From contig NC_042997.1 of assembly GCF_006345805.1 (NCBI RefSeq), forward strand, positions 177,692,001 through 177,756,000: 64,000 bases of DNA, written 5' to 3'. Each line of letters starts with the position of its first letter. The first letter of the stretch is position 1. The stretch is from Octopus sinensis (Eukaryota). Shown one piece after another: positions 55,451-64,000 of the stretch. A program made the position numbers and the translations under genes. The notes under the pieces were generated by a model. That model searched no databases. It was not told where the DNA came from and saw nothing but the letters and a program-made list of their open reading frames with translations.

Positions 55451-56277
55451 GGTGATGGCGGCAGCGGTGGCAACAGCGACAGTGGAGTGGCGGTAGCGGC
55501 GACAGCGGAGCGGTGGAAGCGGCGACAGTGGAGCGGCGGCAGAGGGATATTTTGCTATTATTTCTAACCGGTGGGTTGATGTATCTTCATATTTGCAAGA
55601 GCCAATATATTAGTGTTTATGCTTTTGTGTGTATGTGTATGTGTGTATGTGTATGTGTATGTGTGTGTGTGTATGTGTATGTGTGTGTGTGTATGTGTAT
55701 TGTCTATGTTTGCAAGCATGTGTATTTGTTTGTATGTGTGCTTGTGGTCTTTCTACGTTAGTTATGTGCTTGTTAGTGTACGTATTTATGTGTTTGCTTG
55801 TGTTTCTGTGCGTATATGTGTGTGTTATCTATGTGTGCACGTATGTCTGTGCATATGTTTGTCTGTGTGCGTGTGTATTTATATGTGTACGCATGTGTGT
55901 GTGTGTGCGCGCCGTATGCGTCTTTATCATATGTGTATGTTGTGTATATGCGCCATGTGTGTGTATATGTGTTTGTCTATGTTTGTATGTGTACGTGCGA
56001 GTGTATGTGGGTTGGTCAAATGTTTGCGCATGTGTGTGTGTGTGTGTGTGCGTGCGTGTTTGCATGTATGAGTGTTTGTGTTTGTATGCGCATGCGTGTG
56101 TATATATCAATTTATGAATGATTGTACATGGATGACCCCATGCGAACGTGCCTAAGTGCCGAGGTGAATCAAAGTAACATTGCATTTAATTACGAGTATC
56201 TATGCGATTTACTGATTCGAGTGTGTATGCGTACATGTATACATGTGTGTGCATGTGTAGCTGTGTATCTGTTTCCG

Positions 56278-58233
56278 TATATGCATATATATATTTGTGA
56301 GTCTGTGTGTGTGTGAGAAAGGGTTTGCATTTGAACAAATACGTCCACATTTTGGGGATATACTTACGTAGGTATATGCATATATATTTGTGAGTCTGTG
56401 TGTGTGTGAGAAAGGGTTTGCATTTGAACAAATACGTCCACATTTTGGGGATATACATACGTAGGTATATGCATATATATTTGTGAGTCTGTGTGTGAGT
56501 GAGAAAGGGTTTGCATTTGAACAAATACGTCCACATTTTGGGGATATACTTACGTAGGTATATGCATATATATTTGTGAGTCTGTGTGTGAGTGAGAAAG
56601 GGTTTGCATTTGAACAAATACGTCCACATTTTGGGGATATACATACGTAGGTATATGCATATATATTTGTGAGTCTGTGTGTGAGTGAGAAAGGGTTTGC
56701 ATTTGAACAAATACGTCCACATTTTGGGGATATACTTACGTAGGTATATGCATATATATTTGTGAGTCTGTGTGTGAGTGAGAAAGGGTTTGCATTTGAA
56801 CAAATACGTCCACATTTTGGGGATATACTTACGTAGGTATATGCATATATATTTGTGAGTCTGTGTGTGAGTGAGAAAGGGTTTGCATTTGAACAAATAC
56901 GTCCACATTTTGGGGATATACTACGTAGGTATATGCATATATATTGTGAGTCTGTGTGTGAGTGAGAGAAAGGGTTTGCATTTGAACAAATACGTCCACA
57001 TTTTGGGGATATACATACGTAGGTATATGCATATATATTTGTGAGTCTGTGTGTGTGTGAGAAAGGGTTTGCATTTGAACAAATACGTCCACATTTTGGG
57101 GATATACATACGTAGGTATATGCATAATATTTGTGAGTCTGTGTGTGTGAGTGAGAAAGGTTTGCATTTGAACAAATACGTCCACATTTTGGGGATATAC
57201 ATACGTAGGTATATGCATATATATTTGTGAGTCTGTGTGTGTGAGTGAGAAAGGGTTTGCATTTGAACAAATACGTCCACATTTTGGGGATATACTTACG
57301 TAGGTATATGCATATATATTTGTGAGTCTGTGTGTGAGTGAGAAAGGGTTGCATTTGAACAAATACGTCCACATTTTGGGGATATACTTACGTAGGTATA
57401 TGCATATATATTTGTGAGTCTGGTGTGAGTGAGAAAGGGTTTGCATTTGAACAAATACGTCCACATTTTGGGGATATACTTATGTAGGTATATGCATAAT
57501 ATTTGTGAGTCTGTGTGTGAGTGAGAAAGGGTTTGCATTTGAACAAATACGTCCACATTTTGGGGATTATACTTACGTAGGTATATGCATATATATTTGT
57601 GAGTCTGTGTGTGAGTGAGAAAGGGTTTGCATTTGAACAAATACGTCCACATTTTGGGGATATACTTACGTAGGTATATGCATATATATTTGTGAGTCTG
57701 TGTGTGTGTGAGAAAGGGTCTGCATTTGAACAAATACGTCCACATTTTGGGGATATACTTACGTAGGTATATGCATATATATCTGTGAGTCTGTGTGTGA
57801 GTGAGAAAGGGTTTGCATTTGAACAAATACGTCCACATTTTGGGGATATACTTACGTAGGTATATGCATATATATTTGTGAGTCTGTGTGTGTGTGAGAA
57901 AGGGTTTGCATTTGAACAAATACGTCCACATTTTGGGGATATACTTACGTAGGTATATGCATATATATCTGTGAGTCTGTGTGTGAGTGAGAAAGGGTTT
58001 GCATTTGAACAAATACGTCCACATTTTGGGGATATACTTACGTAGGTATATGCATATATATTTGTGAGTCTGTGTGTGTGTGTGAGAAAGGGTTTGCATT
58101 TGAACAAATACGTCCACATTTTGGGGGATATACTACGTAGGTATATGCATATATATCTGTGAGTCTGTGTGTGAGTGAGAAAGGATTTGCATTTGAACAA
58201 ATACGTCCACATTTGGGGGATATACTTACGTAG
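56278..58233. repeat. 93-bp minisatellite, about 21 copies
   Basis: gagaaagggtttgcatttgaac at 56315 and 56408; 31-aa period in the ORF track. Confidence 0.97.
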
Positions 58234-58669
58234 ATATATTTACGTGTACTTTTATGAGCGCATGCGCTTTGCTTAATAGAACTGCGGAATACGACAGAGA
58301 AACAAATGTACTATTAATAATATGTATATGCATATCATGTCCATGCATACATATAGATATTTGCCTCTAGCATTAGTAAATTAACAGCCTTTCGCTTAAT
58401 GTCTCCTGATAAAGATATTTGATATGCATCAAGATACGATGCTAATTTAAAATTATAATTGTCTTCAGTATATTTTAGCGCCTCGGATGTAAAATAAATT
58501 AACTATATAACCGTTAGTCTGTTTTAATAGAGACATTGATTCGCCTAATTAGAAATTTTGCTTTTTCGCATATAAACAGTACAAAATGCTTCAATTTATT
58601 TTAATTGTTTCGTTCATTTTTCTCTTTACAATTGCGTTATGAAATAATAATTCTACATACTCAATTAAC

Positions 58670-59495
58670 CTTTTTATTTGTTTCAGTAATTAGGCTGCGG
58701 CTATACTGGAGCACCGCCTTGCAGAATTTTCTTTTTTACTCGAATGCTTATTTTATCGATCTCTTTGCCGGACCGCTAAGTTACGGAGACGTAAGCACAG
58801 CGACACCGTCTGTCACACACACACACATATACACATATAAATCTACACAACGGGCTTCTTTCAGTTTTTGTCTACAAAATCTACACACAATGCTTTGGTC
58901 AGCCCGGGGCTATAGTAGAAGCTACTTGCCCAAGGCGGTGAGCTGGCAGAAACGTTAGCACGCCGGGCGAAATGCTTAGCAGTATTTCGTCTGTCTTTAC
59001 GTTCTGAGTTCAAATTCCGCCGAAGTCGACTTTGCCTTTCATCCTTTCGGGGTCGATAAATTAAGTACCAGATACGCACTGGGGTCAATATAATCGACTT
59101 AATCCGTTTGTCTGTCCTTGTTTGTCCCCTCTATTTTTAGCCCCTTGTGGGCAATAAAGAAATAAGTGCCACACGGTGGGACTGAAGCCAGAACCATGTA
59201 GTTGAGAAACAAACTTATAACCTATTTCTTTACTATCCACAAGGGGCTAAACACAGAGAGGACAAACAAGGACAGACAAACGGATTAAGTCGATTATATC
59301 GACCCCAGTGCGTAACTGGTACTTATTTAATCGACCCCGAAAGGATAAAAGGCAAAGTCGACCTCGGCGGAATTTGAACTCAGAACGTAACGGCAGACAA
59401 AATACGATTACGCATTTCACCTAGCGTGCTAACGATTCTGCCAGCTCACCGCCTTTTGAGAAACAAACTTATTACCACTCAGCCAATCGTGCGCC
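58670..59495. mobile_element. SINE C (minus strand) interrupted by two tailless SINE A copies (58932-59164 +, 59223-59455 -)
   Basis: SINE C resumes after each insert; ttgagaaacaaacttat duplicated around the second insert. Confidence 0.88.
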
Positions 59496-59670
59496 CATAA
59501 TAATTCGTTGAATTACAACTAAGTGCACAGGCCAATAGTTACTACAGATGATTTACACCGATTTTCTTTTCCACGGTTGATGTATGCTAAATTATTGTCA
59601 AAATAAACATTCAGTTGATATATCTCGGGTGATATAACATTCAGATTTATAGACGGTGAATCGACAAGTT

Positions 59671-59797
59671 TTCTTTTAGCGTTAAAATTCTATTAGAATG
59701 TATAAAATTAGACGATTAAATAATCATTTTAATCAATAAGTTTTTCTAGCATTAAAATTCTATTAGGATGTATAAAATTGGACAATTAAATAATCAT
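59671..59797. repeat. Local ~70-bp tandem duplication
   Basis: ttaaaattctattag(a/g)atgtataaaatt(a/g)gac occurs twice. Confidence 0.85.
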
Positions 59798-59883
59798 ATA
59801 ACGATTTGTGAAAACCTACTGATAGATTAAATGCATGCTAACCTAGACTAACTGAATGATTCGTAGGTTCGTTTGTAAACTTT

Positions 59884-60122
59884 ACTCTTTTACTCTTTAC
59901 TTGTTTCAGTCATGTAACTGTGGCCATGCAGGAGCACCGCCTTTAGTCGAGCAAATCGACCCCAGGACTTATTCTTTGTAAGCCTAGTACCTATTCTATC
60001 GGACTCTTTTGCTGAACCGCTAAGTTACGGGGACGTAAACACACCAGCATCGGTTGTCAAGCGATGTTAGGGGTGGGACAAACACAGACACACAAACATA
60101 TACACACACATACATATATATT

Positions 60123-60193
<71 letters not shown>

Positions 60194-60360
60194 TACGACG
60201 GGCTTCTTTCAGTTTCCGTCTTCCAAATCCACTCACAAAGCTTTGGTCGGCCCGAGGCTATAGTAGAAGACACTTGCCAAAGGTGCCACGCAGTGGGACT
60301 GGACCCGGAAGCATGTGGCTGGTAAGCAAGCTACTTACCACACAGCCACTCCTACGCCTA
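59884..60360 (-). mobile_element. Full-length SINE family C with expanded internal (TA)n
   Basis: From the (ctcttttta) tail to ccacacagccactcctacgcc. Confidence 0.92.
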
Positions 60361-60470
60361 TTGGCTGTTTCTTTCTTCGAATAAATCAGAGGTGTAGCCA
60401 GGTTGTAGTGGGGACGAGTGTAACTCATTTCTCTTATATTACGCGAAATATTTCATTAGTTATAACATGA

Positions 60471-60850
60471 TGGCACTCCGTCGCTTACGATGACGAGTGT
60501 TCCAGTTGATCCGATCAACGGAACAGCCTGCTCGTGAAATTAACGTGCAAGTGGCTGAGCACTCCACACACACGTGTTACCCTTAACGTTGTTCTCGGAG
60601 AGATTCAGCGTGACAGAGTGTGACAAGACTGGCCCTATGAAATACAGGTACAACAGAAACAGGAAGAAAGAGTGAGAGAAAGATGTGGTGAAAGAGTACA
60701 GCAGGGTCCACCACCACCCCCTGCAGGAGCCTCGGGGAGCTTTAGGTGTTTTCGCTCAATAAACACTCACAACTCCCGGTCTGAGAATCGAAACCGCAAT
60801 CCTAAGACTGGGAGTTCGCTGCCCTAACCACTGGGCCATTGCGCCTCCAC
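60471..60850 (-). mobile_element. Chimeric SINE: head H1 with tail T3
   Basis: Head matches the 5147 copy; tail matches family B. Confidence 0.88.
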
Positions 60851-61159
60851 ATATGTAATTGTATTCTACCATTCATTATTTCATGTTTCATTAACTATGC
60901 CATTACTAGTGTGTATAACTAAACCTTACAACTACTAATATAGGTGTGACATGATCATGATGAAATTCCATGAGATCGTCCAGTGTCAAGAGGTTATGAC
61001 GTCCGGGTTTGTTCTGGTTCTTCAGATGTCAGCGGCCACTAATACATCACGGGAAATTGAGCTGACAGTTCAAAACCACAAGAGATTAGTCAAATAAAGT
61101 AATGACTCCAGAAAGTTCTTCCAAGGTCATGCGATAAGCATATAAAAAAAAAAGATTCG

Positions 61160-61555
61160 GTGGAGTGGCTGTGTGGTAAGTAGCTTGCTTACCAACTACT
61201 TAGTTCCGGGTTCAGTCCCACTGCGTGGCACCTTGGGCAAGTGTGTCTTCTACTATAGCCTCGGGCCGACCAAAGCCTTGTGAATGAATTTGTTAGACGG
61301 AAACTGAAAGAAGCCCATCGTATATGTATGTGTGTGTGTGTGTCCGTGTGTGTATCTGTGTCTGTGTCCCCCCCAACATCGCTTGACAACCGATGCTGGT
61401 GTGTTTACGTTCCCGTCACTTAGCGGTTCGGCAAAAGAGACCGATAGAATAAGTACTATGCTTACGAAGAATAAGTCCTGAGGTCGATTTGCTCGACTAA
61501 AGGCGGTGCTCCAGCATGAGCGCAGTCAAATGACTGAAACAAGTAAAAGAGTAAA
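61160..61555 (+). mobile_element. Full-length SINE family C
   Basis: gagtggctgtgtggtaagtagc...tgactgaaacaagtaaaagag. Confidence 0.92.
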
Positions 61556-61869
61556 AAAAAAGAGAGAGTTTTATAGCACAAATGAACCAAAGAATTTTAA
61601 AAATTGTTAAAAAGCCGCCAATTTTGAAAAATGAGCTCGTCGGTGACGGTGGGGTCCCCTTATTTCCCTATTAGCTACGCCAATGGAACAAAATAGACCT
61701 CGTATTTTATTTGTCACCGATTATCTTCTAAAATATTATGTAAGCAGCAATGAAATTTTGCGACTTTGGATTTAGATTAATATATACCTTTTAATGTGAA
61801 GTGTTGCTTATTCCATTATTAATTCTACCGTCTATCTAAGCTAAATGTTAACTTGATTTCCATGAGGTA

Positions 61870-62240
61870 TTCTTTTACTTGTTTCAGTCATTTGACTGTG
61901 GCCATGGTGGAGCACCGCCTTTAGTCGAGCAATTTGGCCCCAGGGCTTATTCTTTGTAAGCCTAGTACTTATTCTATCGGTCACTTTTGCCGAACCGCAA
62001 AGTTAATTGTAAACAGTTACGAAAACCACTAAGATCCCAATTCTCTTTTTATGGGATTCTATCCAATGGTGCAGGTATAGCTGTATGGTAAGAAGTTTGT
62101 TTCCCAACCATGTGGTCTTCGGTTCAGTCCCACAGCGTGACACTTCGGGCAAGTATCTTCTACTTTAGTTCCAGACCGACTAAAGCCTTGTGAGTGGATT
62201 TAGCAAATCGAAACTGAAAGAATCCCGTCGTCTATGTGTG
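61870..62240. mobile_element. Two SINE C fragments (3' half on minus, 5' half on plus)
   Basis: Homology to the 61160 copy. Confidence 0.8.
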
Positions 62241-62432
62241 TGTATGTGTGTTTGTGTGAGAGAAAGTAGTTCGGATGATGCACTCACAATCGCTCGTGCA
62301 CCTGTTCAGGTAACGTCGATTTGATAGAAGGAATGAGGTATGTACAACACATATTTTGGTCACTGTATACAAATTATTTATGCAGGTTATTCAGCTAGAA
62401 ATTGCAGAGACGTTTCTCTTAGACTGCGGGTG

Positions 62433-62525
<93 letters not shown>

Positions 62526-62526
<1 letters not shown>

Positions 62527-63734
62527 TAGGTTGTCCGGAGTTCTGAGCGCTTTTAATATGCAAAAAGGGATATAAATAATTGACCATTCAGTAAATTTTA
62601 TTCAATGAAATAACTTCCATTATTATTAATGATCTTTGCTCATCTATCAGGCAATTTGAATATTCTATCAGCATAAAATCTGACTGGTTTTAAAGAAAAA
62701 AGTTGTCTAGATGCATTTTGATTCCATCTAGATTGTTGGTAGCAGGATGGCGCAATATCAGGAGAATAAGATGTTAGGGGTGAGAGATCCCAGCCAAGTT
62801 CATGTAACTTTGTTTGGGTAGCCAAAGATACATGTGGTCGGGCATTGTCTTGTTGGGACACTACCCCTTTCCTGATGGCAATATCCGGCCTCAGTTCTTT
62901 GATTTTTTTTTTGTTCAAATTAGCCAACTGACAACAGTACACAACAGAGTTAATGGTCTGGTTTTGTGGGAGAAGCTCATAATAAATAATGCCTTTATGA
63001 TCCCACCAAACACAAAGCATAGCTTTTTTGGCATGAATATTCGGCTTTGGTTGCTGTTTTGGGGGATCCTTACACAAACTCCAGGATCATTTTCACACTA
63101 TGTTTTCATACACAATCCATTTTTCATCTGCAGTTACAATTTGTTTCAAAAAAGGCATGATTTTATTCCGTTTCAAAAACATATCATAAATGGAATACCA
63201 GTTCAAGCAATTATTTTCTGAGAATCTGTGTGGAACCCATATATTATAGCGAGAAATGTATTTTAGCGCCACTGGGTGTTCATGAGCCATACTTTTAGAA
63301 ACTTCCAACTCCTCTGCAAGTTCTGTAGTCATGACATTTGAGTTTTCTTAGATTTTTTTACCTTCAAACCATCTTCATCCAGTTTTGAAGGTCTTCCACT
63401 GCGGCTGTCATCTTCCAAACTAAACTCTCCAGCTTTTAATTTTGCAAACTACTTTCAAACAGTTGATTCACCTACAGCATCACCATAAACTTCACAAATG
63501 TTTTTGCAAGTTTTTGTAGCATTTTCTCCTTGTTTCAAAAAAGAAAAGTATTACAATGTGAGTATGAAATGTTTGACTATCCATTTCAAATGTCAATAAA
63601 GGGTGACCAGAATGAAAGATAAATCTATTTTTAGTCAGGAACAAAAAGAAGAGATGCACCGCCACTTCAAGCAACGCCAAAGAAGCGTTAAAAGATTTAG
63701 CTTGAAAACGCTCGGAACTTTCCGGACAACCTAA
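62526..63734 (-). mobile_element. Mariner DNA transposon with both TIRs and a disabled transposase (ATG ~63584)
   Basis: TIRs ctaggttgtccggag.ttctgagcg / cgctcggaactttccggacaacctaa flanked by TA; motifs RSGRP, WVPH, IVTADEKW, MLCVWWD, QDNARPH, YSPDIAP; stops, frameshifts and a 3' deletion. Confidence 0.95.
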
Positions 63735-63796
63735 TAAGGTATCGTTAAACTTTTGATTAATCTACTACAAGATTATTCATCTTTCTATTTCACATA

Positions 63797-63837
<41 letters not shown>

Positions 63838-63879
63838 GTGTGTGTGTGTATAAACTACACACAGTCACACATAAATATA

Positions 63880-64000
63880 TGTACATGTGTGTGTGTCTGT
63901 GTGTCTGTGTGTCTTTGCGTATGAGTCTGTCCCCCACCACCGTTTGACAACAGGTATTGGTTTGTTTATACCCCTGTAACTTAGAGAGTTTCGACAAAAA
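63880..64000 (+). mobile_element. SINE family C, 3' half running off the window
   Basis: tgtcccccaccaccgtttgacaac...gtaacttag. Confidence 0.7.

Noticed and set aside
56186-58212. Repeat-protein ORFs or a CRISPR-like array
   Set aside because: Several frames are open only because the 93-bp unit lacks stops on that strand; indels break the frame, there are no unique spacers, and no cas genes are present.

Overview
AT-rich, repeat-saturated eukaryotic (metazoan) DNA with no host protein-coding gene or functional tRNA/rRNA that I can recognise. The SINE families and the dense (TA)n/(TAGA)n/(TATG)n/(TAA)n microsatellites suggest an octopus (coleoid cephalopod) genome; this is an inference from recalled repeat sequences. 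Nearly all ORFs in the track are microsatellite or SINE artefacts. Supported content: (1) about 40 tRNA-derived SINE copies of at least four types, with shuffled heads and tails; (2) two dead mariner transposases, one with both TIRs, and a Tc1-type MITE; (3) three R4/Dong-type LINE fragments tied to microsatellites; (4) three Penelope GIY-YIG fragments; (5) a Helitron helicase fragment and a complete non-autonomous Helitron; (6) a homogeneous 93-bp tandem array; (7) many foldback elements. Two signals stand out. First, five unrelated short elements carry minimal hammerhead-ribozyme motifs, three of them with a compensatory U3-A8 core, including a hairpin-rich 361-nt retrozyme-like tandem unit at 44.78-45.54 kb. 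Second, a tailless SINE subtype ends at a fixed AAAGAAATA and is flanked by duplications of about 0 to 195 bp. All structures were read by eye and coordinates may be off by a few bases.
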